Below, piece by piece: positions 1 to 10,252 of a stretch of DNA of 64,000 nt. The stretch's first letter is position 1. Every line of letters begins with the position of its first letter. The stretch comes from Bdellovibrionales bacterium (GTDB taxonomy: Bacteria; Bdellovibrionota; Bdellovibrionia; Bdellovibrionales; JAUICD01): NCBI GenBank assembly GCA_965203275.1, contig OZ241865.1, positions 1,440,001 through 1,504,000 on the forward strand. Direction: 5' to 3'. Under the pieces are notes generated by a model that worked only from the letters and a program-made list of their open reading frames with translations, was not told the origin of the DNA and made no database searches. A program made the translations under genes and the position numbers.

Positions 1-147
1 ACGATAAGCGATTTTATTTTCTTCTTCCATTTTCTTATTCTTGAGGTATTTATTAAATGCATTGGTGTCTTTTTTAATAACATAAGTGATCACCAAAGTG
101 AAAAAAGCAACTATGAGAGATAAAAGAGGTATTATGACATAATCCAA
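1..147 (-). CDS. Small single-TM protein, runs off the window edge; putative partner of the Panacea protein
   Basis: Hand translation from a TTG 3 nt after the upstream stop: MDYVIIPLLSLIVAFFTLVITYVIKKDTNAFNKYLKNKKMEEENKIAYR...; similar to 58494..58682. Confidence 0.6.
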   Translation of the reverse strand, partial: MDYVIIPLLSLIVAFFTLVITYVIKKDTNAFNKYLKNKKMEEENKIAYR

Positions 148-150
148 AGT

Positions 151-675
151 TTATAATCCTTTTGTATCCTGCTTTGTGCCACCTATTTCTATATCTTTAT
201 AGTATTTTTTTATAGAATCATCAGAGATTGTGTTAAAGGTATTGCTATCAGGATCGTAAACATTTTTCCATGGGGTTCCTTTTTGATGTGTTCGTTCTGA
301 CAAATATGAACTAGGAAATTTTTTATATTTATGATAAACTTGTTCCATCATTTCAGTTGCTTCTTTTGAAAAATTGTCATTAATTTGATTTCCATTCTCA
401 TCAAGGGCAAGTTTGCCCACTGGTACTATAGAACCTTCTTTTAAAGTAAGTGATCGAAAAACAAAAAGTATTGTTGGAATAATAGGACCATATCGCCATG
501 CTTCAAATGGTGTATTAGACAGATGTTGATTATGCTTTGCTAACAAAAACCCATGAGCAATATAAGTAAATTTAAGAATATGTGTTAAATAAATATTTCT
601 TTTATTTCTGTCAGAATCATTATTTTTAAGTTGAATAAAATAATTTGCAATAGCTATGGGGTTATAACCTGCCAT
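151..675 (-). CDS. Panacea-domain (DUF4065/SocA-like) antitoxin
   Basis: IANYFI...LKFTYIAHG...FEAWRYGP...LSERTH.KGTPW motif series. Confidence 0.85.
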   Translation of the reverse strand: MAGYNPIAIANYFIQLKNNDSDRNKRNIYLTHILKFTYIAHGFLLAKHNQHLSNTPFEAWRYGPIIPTILFVFRSLTLKEGSIVPVGKLALDENGNQINDNFSKEATEMMEQVYHKYKKFPSSYLSERTHQKGTPWKNVYDPDSNTFNTISDDSIKKYYKDIEIGGTKQDTKGL

Positions 676-854
676 TATGTTCCCTGTCTCCTTTTATTTG
701 AGTGTCTTCCATTTTTTTATTGCAATTACATCGAAAAAATAAAATCCCTATAATCTCTATAATTAAAGTATATATTAGGGTGTACCCTTATTCAAAATAA
801 ATTCATGTTGACTCTAGCCTTATGTGTCATCCTGATACACAATAAGGATTTTTA

Positions 855-890
855 CTTAGAACTTAAGACTTAGAACTTAGAACTTAGAAC
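855..890. repeat. Short heptamer tandem repeat (CTTAGAA)n
   Basis: cttagaacttaagacttagaacttagaacttagaac. Confidence 0.7.
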
Positions 891-969
891 AAATTAAGAA
901 AGGAGTCATTTTTAACACTTAGATCATTTTAAGGATTATGTTACCTAAGTTATTGTTTTAAAAAGATTT

Positions 970-1026
970 TTTTGATGCCGTATGGCCGGATCCCAGATCC
1001 AGGATAAACACAATGTTAAGGAAACA
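970..1026 (-). repeat. Remnant of the palindromic repeat family (GATCC-rich subunit)
   Basis: Reverse complement resembles 60299-60355. Confidence 0.6.
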
Positions 1027-1035
1027 TGCTATAAG

Positions 1036-3504
1036 CTATGAATTTCTAATAGCAAAATTTAAAGTTTCATCTTTTAATTTGTTATGTAATTCTTTGATCT
1101 CTTTTGATCTAGGATGTGCTTTTAAAGCCTTTTTCATAAATTCCCATAATCTTGCAATATATTCTTTTCTTTTTTGAATATCTTGAATTCCTTTTTTAGC
1201 CCATTTTAAACCTTGAGTACCTAGAATATGATAAGGACGAATATCTTTATAACCTCTTTCATCTATTAAATTTATTATCTCCTCATAAGCTTCTCCAGCC
1301 AGAAAATGCGATTTTTCATTGTGGGGTGCAGATAATACTTGTTGAAATTTTAAATTAGCTAAAGAAGTTCTTACCAAAGGGTCTTTAGGATTAAGTCCGT
1401 AAGATTGATTCAGATAATTTTCAGCAAGATCAATACGATTAACGGCTAACATAAAGCAACCTCTTTGCAACCAAAAGTGATGATGATCTTTTTGCAAATC
1501 TTCTATGTCCTCATAGAGCTTATAAACCTCATTGTGTGGCTTATAAGTTATCTTTAATAGTCTTTCATGGTTAATGATATGTTTTAAAAGCCTTTGCATC
1601 CTTTTTGTTTCAGACGTTTTCTCTATAGATTTAATGGCTGCTATCCTTGCTAATCTAGCATAAAATTTAATTAAATGGTTTTCTGATGATAATCTCTGAC
1701 ATATTTCTTCTGCAATGACTTTATGTCTTAATTGAATACGGCCTTTATTTTCTATAAATAAATTTCTTCTGATCAATTTGTCTATATGGTTAGAATGTGA
1801 ATTGCTCGCCTGATCTATTCCAAGCATGATTTCTTCTTTTAAAAGACCACAGTTGTAATTTGTAGCCACAGATGTTAAATAATAAATAGCCCTGGATGCT
1901 TCATCTAGCTGTTCTGATTCTTCATAGATTTTGTCTTTAAACTTTTTGCCTGAAGTAGATTCAATCATTGCGACTAATAATTGTCTTTGATAATTTCCTT
2001 TAAATATAGACCTTTGCTCATCTAAACTTTTCCCTTTTAAATATCCTAGTAGATTTTTTTGATCTAGTATTTTTAAGATTTTATCTATTTCATTATCTAA
2101 TAATCTGTATGTTGCAAATTCTTGAACGTCCTTTTTATTTTGAAAAAGTGGGCTTTCTATAATGTTATCTACCTTATTTGATCTTATCATTAAAACAATA
2201 GTTTTGAGAATATTTTGATTAGCTAATCTTGAGAGTATTTGAGGAAACCCTATTCCGTACATATCAGGAGTATCAATAAATAAAGCATTCATACTTTCAT
2301 TTTTTTCTAAAAAAGGTATAATTTGATGAGGAGGAATATCTGAATTGCGGTCAATCCAACCAACAATATAACTGTGATCTAATAAAGATAAAGCTATTTT
2401 CATAGCTAAAGATGTTTTACCATCGCCTGCTGTTCCAGTAATGATAAATATAGGAGTTGATTCCTTTTTTTTGTAATTTAGAATTTTTCTTGTCCATTCT
2501 TTTTCTTTGTCTCTTTCAATTGCAATACCTTCTGTCATGTCTTTCCAGGTCGGTTCTGCTCCTAGAAGGTAAGGACTCCTTATTTGAGATGTTTTTTGTA
2601 TCATCAAATCAGAAACAAGAGGAATATCATTTACTGTTGATGTACTAGAAGTACTTTGGATTTTTTGTATGCCTGCTTCAGTTTCATTTTTGAGTGGTAA
2701 TAAAAATTCTTTTGAAAATTCTTGAAAAGTTTGAGGTATCCATTCAATATTATAATCTTTTAAACGCATTTCTTTTAATTTTGATAGCTTTGGAATAACT
2801 ATAAATGATCTTGGTCTGAATTCTGTAGAACCTCTGCCTTTTTCTTTCCTAAGATGGATATAATGCCATAATGATTCTTCATCTAACTGACTGCCTATAA
2901 ATATAGTTGGATATTGTAAAAGCTTTGCAGTGAGAGACATATAAGATGCATTAGAATGTAGAGTATTGATAGCAGATTGTTCCCTAGAAAAAATAACATT
3001 GTCAGGCAGGTCCTCTAGCATTCCATTTAAGTGATTTACTATTAAATCTTTTTGATCATTAACCTCTTTTTGAGGTGGTGTACTTTCAGATATACAAACT
3101 ATTTTGCGATCAAAATTAAACCGGGCTTGTGTTGCCCTAAAAAGATCGTCTATGTTTAATGTATAAATTACTTTCCAAGGTTGATGAATAAGAATTTTAT
3201 ATTCCTCTGTAAGACTTTGAGAATCTACTGTAAGGCGTTGTTTTAAGTAGTTACAAAGCTGTTTTTCTCCTTTTTGTCTAGCTAATTCAAAAACATCTGC
3301 CAATGAATATGACTCTTCAAAAGAATCGTCAGGATAAAAGTTTTTCCAAATTTCTTTTGATAAATCCTTAGATGTAGGTAAAGCTTGCCCCTTCTTATCC
3401 TTTGCTCCTACAGAAAATCCGGCACCAGTAAAAAGCATTAAATGAGCTGTTGATAGCTTTCCTTTTAAATAATCTATTATGCTTTTCTTTTGTCTTTCAT
3501 CCAT
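1036..3504 (-). CDS. SIR2-like + STAND NTPase + TPR antiviral protein (Avs5-like architecture)
   Basis: LFTGAGFS, YTLNIDDL, HLNG, FIGSQL (SIR2_2); Walker A GTAGDGKT; helical TPR-like C-terminus. Confidence 0.8.
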   Translation of the reverse strand: MDERQKKSIIDYLKGKLSTAHLMLFTGAGFSVGAKDKKGQALPTSKDLSKEIWKNFYPDDSFEESYSLADVFELARQKGEKQLCNYLKQRLTVDSQSLTEEYKILIHQPWKVIYTLNIDDLFRATQARFNFDRKIVCISESTPPQKEVNDQKDLIVNHLNGMLEDLPDNVIFSREQSAINTLHSNASYMSLTAKLLQYPTIFIGSQLDEESLWHYIHLRKEKGRGSTEFRPRSFIVIPKLSKLKEMRLKDYNIEWIPQTFQEFSKEFLLPLKNETEAGIQKIQSTSSTSTVNDIPLVSDLMIQKTSQIRSPYLLGAEPTWKDMTEGIAIERDKEKEWTRKILNYKKKESTPIFIITGTAGDGKTSLAMKIALSLLDHSYIVGWIDRNSDIPPHQIIPFLEKNESMNALFIDTPDMYGIGFPQILSRLANQNILKTIVLMIRSNKVDNIIESPLFQNKKDVQEFATYRLLDNEIDKILKILDQKNLLGYLKGKSLDEQRSIFKGNYQRQLLVAMIESTSGKKFKDKIYEESEQLDEASRAIYYLTSVATNYNCGLLKEEIMLGIDQASNSHSNHIDKLIRRNLFIENKGRIQLRHKVIAEEICQRLSSENHLIKFYARLARIAAIKSIEKTSETKRMQRLLKHIINHERLLKITYKPHNEVYKLYEDIEDLQKDHHHFWLQRGCFMLAVNRIDLAENYLNQSYGLNPKDPLVRTSLANLKFQQVLSAPHNEKSHFLAGEAYEEIINLIDERGYKDIRPYHILGTQGLKWAKKGIQDIQKRKEYIARLWEFMKKALKAHPRSKEIKELHNKLKDETLNFAIRNS

Positions 3505-3996
3505 TTTATATTTCGCTCCAAATTTTATAGTGATATGACTTATTTTACTTTGTCTCTGCCTTTGTCTTTATCATCACTTCCTTTTTACAAATAAAGGCTT
3601 CTTACACTTCATTTGACAATTTGACATATCCTACATGCTTTATTTTAACACTAACTTTAACGGATCGGCATTGCTTTTGTTCTTTTTTATGGTTTTGTGG
3701 GAGCTTTTAGGTCAAAATTTAAAATTTAATTCCAATGAATTCTTTGGTTCTACCCTCAGGTTTGACAAAATCAATACAGCAAGTGATGATCCTGCCTTTA
3801 TTTTTGACGGCAAAAGGTGATGCAGGATGTACAGCTTCAAATGTAGAATAGTCAGCAAATTTAAGCTCTTCCTTTGTTAAAAATAAAGATAAAAGATCTT
3901 TAATTCTATCTTCATCGTGACATATAAAACTTTGAAAAAGTTAAAACCATATAAGTTTTAGCTTCCTCGTCAGTTAAATTTAGTCAATTTCAGAAA

Positions 3997-4878
3997 CTAC
4001 CTATTAACCTCAGTAGCAACAATCTTTGTTTTCTTGAAGTGTAGTGTGTATTCAGCGTCTTCACTGTTGTCAATCTCAAATGTGACAAAACTACCATCTT
4101 GAGAGACATAATTAAGCCCTGAAAAATCAGCAGTATCAGAATTACGTTCTTGAATTGTGTATTCAGCGTCTTCACTGTTGTTAATCTCAAATGTGACAAA
4201 ACTACTATCTTGAGAGACAAAATTAAGCCCTGAAAAATCAGCAGTATCAGAATTATTATTACTTTCAGAACTACTATTACGTGCTTGACAGCTACGCATC
4301 TCTTCTTCAAAGTTGGTAGAAAAATCATCTATCAGATCTCGTATCGCATTCTGTTTTTGTACAAAAGTCGTTCCGTACTCAAAATCAACGCTGATTCCTC
4401 TGAGAAAAAGTGCTGTCAACAATTCTGAGGTGTGTCTGATACAAGGAGGTGACAGACGATCTATATTATTTTCAACATTTTGTAAAATCATTTGATCATC
4501 TATTACCGCATTGCTATCATTTGCACATTGTTGTGCAGAGACAAAGAAATTACATCCTTTATAATAATTTCTTAGTCCGCTTATTAAAAAATTGACTCTA
4601 TCGGTACCTTCGGCATTGGCCTGTTCGGAAAGGATCTCTTGTATTTCCTCTACTCTCCCGTAATACACTTTAGAATATAAAAAATAGTCAGAATAGCTGT
4701 ATAATTTAGCAGGATTACTAAAAGCAACAATAGTAGCAATAGTAGTAAAGAATTCTTTTACATCTGCTTCATTGCTCTGGGTTGCTTGAGTAACTTCATT
4801 AACTTGTGAAATAGATTCTTCACTATAACCAATTAAAATCACTAATGATAAACTTAAAATACTTAAAATGTTTTTCAT
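3997..4878 (-). CDS. Secreted hypothetical protein with a duplicated 37-aa C-terminal module
   Basis: Likely start MKNILSILSL after AGGAG; signal-peptide-like N-terminus; 111-bp tandem duplication at 4045-4255. Confidence 0.65.
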   Translation of the reverse strand: MKNILSILSLSLVILIGYSEESISQVNEVTQATQSNEADVKEFFTTIATIVAFSNPAKLYSYSDYFLYSKVYYGRVEEIQEILSEQANAEGTDRVNFLISGLRNYYKGCNFFVSAQQCANDSNAVIDDQMILQNVENNIDRLSPPCIRHTSELLTALFLRGISVDFEYGTTFVQKQNAIRDLIDDFSTNFEEEMRSCQARNSSSESNNNSDTADFSGLNFVSQDSSFVTFEINNSEDAEYTIQERNSDTADFSGLNYVSQDGSFVTFEIDNSEDAEYTLHFKKTKIVATEVNR

Positions 4879-5244
4879 AATATTTCTCCTTTTTAAATAA
4901 AATAAATGATTCAATAAATAAAAACTTCTTCTACCTTCTAAAATTCTTAAAAATTCTAAAGGTATTATAAGCTTGACTTATAACATCACTTCAGAACAAA
5001 AGTCAAGGCAAATTTTAAATTTTTCTAAAATTTATAAAACCACATGTAAGATTTACATATTTTGAGATTCAAAGTTTGACGTTTGACAGCTAAAAAAACA
5101 AGATAGAGGACAAATTTAAAAATTTAGATTCAAACTGAAACATCAAAAAGCATCAAACAAGAAAGTGACAAAAAACTGAAAGAAGGCAAAAGTACCTAGC
5201 AACAATATATATATAAGGTGATTGGAAAGACAAGCTACATCCTC

Positions 5245-5273
5245 TTGACCAAGGGCTTGATATAGTATATACT
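5245..5273 (+). promoter_or_regulatory. Sigma70-like promoter
   Basis: TTGACC-N17-TATACT about 40 nt upstream of 5315. Confidence 0.55.
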
Positions 5274-5314
5274 TTCATGGTTATTGTTTTTTACAACTTA
5301 AAAGGAATCTAATA

Positions 5315-6382
5315 ATGATTAAAAATATCTTTTTTTATTTAACATTTATTTTAACATTTATTTTATCAATAGCTACATTTTCAAAATCCAAACAACCTCT
5401 AATAAAAAGTGAGATTGTCAGACAGACAGGTTTGGTAGAAGGACTTGAGGAAGTGCATGATGAGGTAGTCGAAGAAGATGCTAGTGAAATATTTGATAAT
5501 TCAATAGAACAGGACCTTGACGTAAGGAAAAACATAAGAAGGGTATATATTAGAGGTATTGGAGATATTATAGAAGATAATATTGAAACAGATCCTGAGT
5601 TTATGGAGTATATTAAGGAGTATAACCTTCTTAAAAGACAATACCTAAACGACTCTATAAATTCAGATATAAAAATACTTTTTTCTATCAAGCCATTACG
5701 TGACAATCATCCCAATCCAGTTTTACGTGCTAACTTTGAACAAATGCCTTTTGAAGGTTCTGCTATTTGCTTCAACTTAAGTGAATATAAATATAAATAC
5801 ATCGTTATAGATCGTAGTTTTTGGCAATATCATAGAAATAATCCAAATCTTAAAAAGGCTATTTTATTCCATGAAATAGGGCATTGCGATTTAGATAGAG
5901 AACATAATTTGGGTGAATTTTCTTTTATGAATCTATATGTCATATACTTTTTACTACCTAACTATCAATTTTATATAGATCGCATACCTCATTTAGCTCT
6001 AAGTAGAGTCTATGTTCAAAAATTCAATAGTGAATTCAATAATGATCCCGAGTTATTATTAGCAACGTTATATGAGGAGCTTTTCAAATCGCTCATACTT
6101 GAGGAAAGTGTTCTAAGTGATGTAGATAAAGTAAGAGCCTTACTTAAAGCTGGCTTTGATGTGAACCATCAAGCCCATAGTGGTGAGACAGCTTTAATAT
6201 GGGCTAGTATGTCCAACCACATTGAGACAGTACAAATTTTGATCAGTGCCGGTGCTGATGTGAACCATAAGAGCAATATTGGACTGACAGCTTTGAAAGC
6301 TGCCAGAGAACAAAGGCATGATCAAATAGTACAGATTTTGATAGAGGCCGGGGCTATAGAATCGTCCCATGATTTATTTTAA
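5315..6382 (+). CDS. Secreted zincin metallopeptidase with C-terminal ankyrin repeats
   Basis: Signal peptide; HEIGHCDLDREH; GETALIWAS and GLTALKAA ankyrin repeats. Confidence 0.75.
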   Translation: MIKNIFFYLTFILTFILSIATFSKSKQPLIKSEIVRQTGLVEGLEEVHDEVVEEDASEIFDNSIEQDLDVRKNIRRVYIRGIGDIIEDNIETDPEFMEYIKEYNLLKRQYLNDSINSDIKILFSIKPLRDNHPNPVLRANFEQMPFEGSAICFNLSEYKYKYIVIDRSFWQYHRNNPNLKKAILFHEIGHCDLDREHNLGEFSFMNLYVIYFLLPNYQFYIDRIPHLALSRVYVQKFNSEFNNDPELLLATLYEELFKSLILEESVLSDVDKVRALLKAGFDVNHQAHSGETALIWASMSNHIETVQILISAGADVNHKSNIGLTALKAAREQRHDQIVQILIEAGAIESSHDLF

Positions 6383-6847
6383 TTAAGTAAGAGCATTTTA
6401 AGGACTCTGCTTATTTTAAAAAATACAAAAGCTCTAAAAGCTCAATATACAGGCATTCAGTTAAGTTATTCGGCGAGGAGTTAAGATTGACTATTTTTGT
6501 AACCAAGCCCTTACAAAGTGAATAATTATTAGAGAAAACAGGAAGAATTGATTTTTGTACTCATATTGATTGTAAAAATGTAAAAGGCAAAGAACTTTTT
6601 GCACATATTTATCACCAACAAGTAAATAATAAAATTCTTGATAGATTCATTAATCAAAAATATCAACAAGAATGATTTGGAAAATAGTTGGAAAATGAAA
6701 AGAAATATACCTCTACTGAAAAATAAAATACAACGATATTTAGATGGCTTTAAAGCTAAGGATATAAAACAATTAAAAATAACATTTAACTGGAAAGACA
6801 GTAAACAATATTCTGCCCTTTCTGATGTGATATTTATTACAAAGTAA

Positions 6848-6914
6848 AAATGCTCATAAGTAAAGCTTTCTGAAAAAATACCTCCACATCCTCAAATCAA
6901 CTGTCAAACTCAGG
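6848..6914 (-). mobile_element. IS1634-like left-end remnant
   Basis: Reverse complement CCTGAGTTTGACAG plus ~50 nt similar to 32151-32220. Confidence 0.55.
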
Positions 6915-7111
6915 ATTTACAAGTGCGGAAAGGTTCTAGCACAATCATCAGTTGAAGTAGTATATTAAAAGCTTTCACAATTGTCAAATTGCTTCACTTT
7001 GAGTGAAACAAACGACTGAGTTACTTTTGTCAGCTATAGAATCCTCCAGAGTTATTTATATTTCTAAATTGCTTGTTTCGGGTATAGGATTATTTTCTAA
7101 GAAAGTAAAAT

Positions 7112-7139
7112 AAAACAAAAGGGCTGTTAAGCTCTTTTG
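7112..7139 (-). terminator. Intrinsic terminator of 7147..9072
   Basis: caaaagggc-tgttaa-gctcttttg hairpin with T-rich tail on the minus strand. Confidence 0.5.
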
Positions 7140-7146
7140 CCATAGA

Positions 7147-9072
7147 TTATTGTGTTGCCACTTTAATATATTGATTGCCTGACTTGCTCATTAAGCCTCT
7201 CTTAACAAAAGCCTCACCTATGATTTGGTAGACTTGATTTGAGTATCCACCTTGTCTTGCAAGGTTTAGTATTTTAACGCCAGCATCAGCAAAATCATCA
7301 GAATAAGACAAGTGAGATAAATGATTATGAAATAGTTGAGCTATCTTTGGTTTGTTTGTCTGTGGATGTGTATAAATGTCATACCATATAGAATTATAGA
7401 TAAAGCCCATGTTATGTATTTGTCCACTGCTACACTGAAACTGGGCCTGTGCAGTTTTTTTACTACACTGACGTGTCCGAATACTTGAAGTAATCAAAAA
7501 ACTATGAAAATCTGCCTGCCCCTCATTAATAGCACTATAGCACCCTAGGAAAGTATTACAACACCAAGTTCCATTAAAAATACTATCACATCTTCTACCT
7601 CTATACCATCCAGTCCGACGTTTATTAGCATAAGTAATATTAGCATGACCCGCCTCATGCATTATCAAATGCACACTAGTAGTAGGCATCATAACTATTT
7701 TATTACTATAGGATGACCAATACCCTCCCCATCCACCATTTACAATAGGACTACATGTTTTTGGATTATTGCATGGAGTTACTACATCTATCTCTTTATG
7801 ATCTGCATACCATCCACCAGCATTTAGCTTCATCCATTCTCTTTGATACATGAACCAATAATAGGCCATAGGTTGATATGCTATGCGACTGCTAGATCTC
7901 CATTTTCCATTTATTAAAGTAGCCCGTTCCAATGTTGTCTTATCTGAAAAAATATAATCAGGCCTTATTTTATAATGATTGTTTTCAAGATAACTACCTA
8001 CGTTATCTGTGATATTAACAGCATAATTAGGAGAACGTGATGCACTGTAAATACAGGCATTGTAATTTGGATTTGTCCAACAGTTGTTTATAATACGACC
8101 GACCATATCAGGAATGCGAATCGATGATGCTGGAGTTCGACCTGGAGTTGGAGTTGGACTTGGAGTTGGACTCGGAGTTGGAGTTGGAGTTGGAGTTGGA
8201 GTTGGACTTGGAGTTGGACTCGGAGTTGGAGTTGGAGTTGGAGTTGGAGTTGGACTCGGAGTTGGACTTGGAGTTGGACTCGGAGTTGGACTTGGAGTTG
8301 GACTCGGAGTTGGACTTGGAGTTGGACTCGGAGTTGGACTTGGAGTTGGACTCGGAGTTGGAGTTGGACTCGGAGTTGGACTTGGAGTTGGACTCGGAGT
8401 TGGACTTGGAGTTGGACTCGGAGTTGGACTTGGAGTTGGACTCGGAGTTGGACTTGGAGTTGGACTCGGAGTTGGAGTTGGAGTTGGAGTTGGAGTTGGA
8501 CTCGGAGTTGGACTTGGAGTTGGACTCGGAGTTGGTGTCGGAACCGGACTCGGTCTTAAAACTGGTGTTGGAGTCGGAGTTGGATCTGGTGTTGGAGTTG
8601 GACTTGGAAGTGGAGAGGGTTGTGGACTCGGAGCCGGTGTTAGACTCGGAGCCGGTGTTGGACTCGGAGCTGGTGTTGCTCCGGACTCAATCAAAACATC
8701 TATAACTTCACTATGTCCATTTTCACTTGCAAGTGATGTTGGTGTATTGCCATCATCATCTTGATAATTTACGTCGGCATTTTGTTCTATTAAAATCCTT
8801 ACAATATCTATATGACCATTCTGGCTTGCATACATTAAAGCCGTACGACCATCATCATCTACATAATCTATATCGACACCATTTTCTAAGGAATCCCTTA
8901 CCTTATCGATATTGCCATCTTTACTCGCACTGATCAAGTTTTGTTCTTTAGTGACCGGAGGTCCTGCTTTGTCTGGTGTTGGTGATGGTGTTATTGAATT
9001 GGATGACTTGCTTCCACTTCCGCATCCAAATAAACACAAACACAATAAGATAATAGTTATTCTTAGATACAT
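7147..9072 (-). CDS. Lipoprotein: ankyrin repeats + long Pro/Thr/Ser linker + M4/M36-like zinc peptidase
   Basis: LFGC lipobox; GRTALMYAS ankyrin repeats; (PTPS)n; HEAGH...AINEGQADF. Confidence 0.8.
   Translation of the reverse strand: MYLRITIILLCLCLFGCGSGSKSSNSITPSPTPDKAGPPVTKEQNLISASKDGNIDKVRDSLENGVDIDYVDDDGRTALMYASQNGHIDIVRILIEQNADVNYQDDDGNTPTSLASENGHSEVIDVLIESGATPAPSPTPAPSLTPAPSPQPSPLPSPTPTPDPTPTPTPVLRPSPVPTPTPSPTPSPTPSPTPTPTPTPTPSPTPSPTPSPTPSPTPSPTPSPTPSPTPSPTPSPTPTPSPTPSPTPSPTPSPTPSPTPSPTPSPTPSPTPSPTPTPTPTPTPSPTPSPTPTPTPTPTPSPTPSPTPTPGRTPASSIRIPDMVGRIINNCWTNPNYNACIYSASRSPNYAVNITDNVGSYLENNHYKIRPDYIFSDKTTLERATLINGKWRSSSRIAYQPMAYYWFMYQREWMKLNAGGWYADHKEIDVVTPCNNPKTCSPIVNGGWGGYWSSYSNKIVMMPTTSVHLIMHEAGHANITYANKRRTGWYRGRRCDSIFNGTWCCNTFLGCYSAINEGQADFHSFLITSSIRTRQCSKKTAQAQFQCSSGQIHNMGFIYNSIWYDIYTHPQTNKPKIAQLFHNHLSHLSYSDDFADAGVKILNLARQGGYSNQVYQIIGEAFVKRGLMSKSGNQYIKVATQ
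8143..8685. repeat. Low-complexity hexamer repeat encoding the PT/PS linker
   Basis: (GGAGTT/GGACTT/GGACTC)n. Confidence 0.95.
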
Positions 9073-9106
9073 ATACCTCTCTAAGCTATTTGATAGCCTT
9101 AAGTAC

Positions 9107-9133
9107 TGTATCGGTATCTTTTCAAGGGACTTA
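9107..9133 (-). promoter_or_regulatory. Sigma28 (FliA)-like promoter for 7147..9072
   Basis: TAAG-N15-ACCGATAC on the minus strand. Confidence 0.55.
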
Positions 9134-9171
9134 ACTGTTTTTGAGAATTTTTATAAGAAATATCAGCAACT

Positions 9172-9188
9172 TGTATCAAAATGATACA
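9172..9188. promoter_or_regulatory. Palindromic operator/enhancer TGTATCA-N3-TGATACA
   Basis: Perfect inverted repeat; related sites at ~9202-9218, 37951 and 37982. Confidence 0.45.
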
Positions 9189-9218
9189 AAAAGTTAAGAA
9201 ATCGTTTTAAGATGATAC

Positions 9219-9245
9219 AAAAAAAGAGCTACCGAAGTAGCTCTT
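9219..9245 (-). terminator. Intrinsic terminator
   Basis: aagagctac-ttcg-gtagctctt followed by a T-run on the minus strand. Confidence 0.75.
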
Positions 9246-9284
9246 AGCTTAAAGGCAAATAAGACTCTAAGAATAACTGAGTCT
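9219..9284 (-). ncRNA. Candidate ~65-nt sigma28-dependent small RNA
   Basis: TAAG-N15-GCCGATAA at 9318-9292, then an agactc/gagtct hairpin, then a terminator; no ORF in between. Confidence 0.35.
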
Positions 9285-9391
9285 AAACAATTTATCGGCA
9301 TGCTTTTAATCAGACTTAAGGAATTGTATGACAAAAGATAAAAAAGATTTTTATTTTGAAAGAAAAAAGCTTTAAGACTTCTAATGTGCGA

Positions 9392-9784
9392 TCATACGGG
9401 CTTTTCTTTATCTTTAGCATGTTCTTTTTTCACGTCTTTGCCTTTATTGATTAAAAGTCTATATAATTCATCGAACTTTCGATCGAAATTATCGAACTTT
9501 CGGTCAAATTTATCTTCCATGGACTTCATCTGTGTAGGTATATGATTGTATACTTGCTCTCTGATAGGCTTAATTGTAGCATCTATATATTGCTTTAAGT
9601 TACTCTCTGATTTGTTTACTAATTCCCTTAAGTTACTCTCTGATTTGTCGATCCGTTCATTAAAAGATCTAGTCGCTCTATCATAAAACATAAAGCCAAT
9701 AACAAAGCCAATAATAGATAGACTTATAATTGTCATTAGGTCTGTAGTTTTAAGTATCTCTAAAATAAAAACTTGCCATCTCAT
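9392..9784 (-). CDS. Small TM + coiled-coil protein (NH[IL]P family)
   Basis: N-terminal hydrophobic helix, VYNHIPTQ, DRKFD repeats; SD AGGAGG. Confidence 0.7.
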   Translation of the reverse strand: MRWQVFILEILKTTDLMTIISLSIIGFVIGFMFYDRATRSFNERIDKSESNLRELVNKSESNLKQYIDATIKPIREQVYNHIPTQMKSMEDKFDRKFDNFDRKFDELYRLLINKGKDVKKEHAKDKEKPV

Positions 9785-9942
9785 AAAGGACCTCCTATTT
9801 GTATCTTAACATATATAATAAAAAAAGTACATCATCATACATTATTATCTAAAGCTAAAGCTTGTCTAGCAAAAAATACGGGAATATACTATGTATTGTC
9901 AGGGTTTAGTCTGACTTTAATCAAAATTTTATAGGGTTGGGC

Positions 9943-10050
9943 TTATTCTGTAGCTCCAGCCTCTTTTAATAGTCTTACAACCTTAGGAGGTTTTGATGAA
10001 TCTAAAGCCTTCCGACCATATATATTTTGAATATCGACGTCCGCTCCGGC
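9943..10050 (-). pseudogene. 3' remnant of an ankyrin-repeat gene
   Basis: AGADVDIQNIYGRKALDSSKPPKVVRLLKEAGATE*; same RLLKEAGATE end as 35748..36242; no start codon before the upstream in-frame stop. Confidence 0.65.
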
Positions 10051-10098
10051 TGAATTTTTGATTTTATAACATCACATATCTAAAAAGTCAAGTCGTTT

Positions 10099-10141
10099 TT
10101 TTCACTCAAAATGAACTGGCCTCTGGCCACTTTTAGTGAAA
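10099..10141. repeat. Minimal remnant of the palindromic repeat family
   Basis: ttcactcaaaatgaactggcctctggccacttttagtgaa. Confidence 0.6.
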
Positions 10142-10180
10142 AAAAAGTCCGAATAATAGTGTTTCATCTCTTAAAATATT

Positions 10181-10207
10181 TAAGTTTTGTCTTATTTTTA
10201 CCGATAT
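10181..10207 (+). promoter_or_regulatory. Sigma28-like promoter for the giant lipoprotein
   Basis: TAAG-N15-ACCGATAT. Confidence 0.55.
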
Positions 10208-10252
10208 TATTATAGATATGTACCAATTTAAGACATTTTAGGTATTTTAAAA

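Noticed and set aside
3718..3960. Start-less minus-strand open frame
   Set aside because: Possibly a gene remnant, but no recognisable motif
6638..6847. 69-aa ORF
   Set aside because: TTG start, no recognisable motif; likely a fragment next to an IS end
8084..8764. Plus-strand ORFs (GVGL)n and (ELDL)n
   Set aside because: Antisense shadows of the PT-linker repeat
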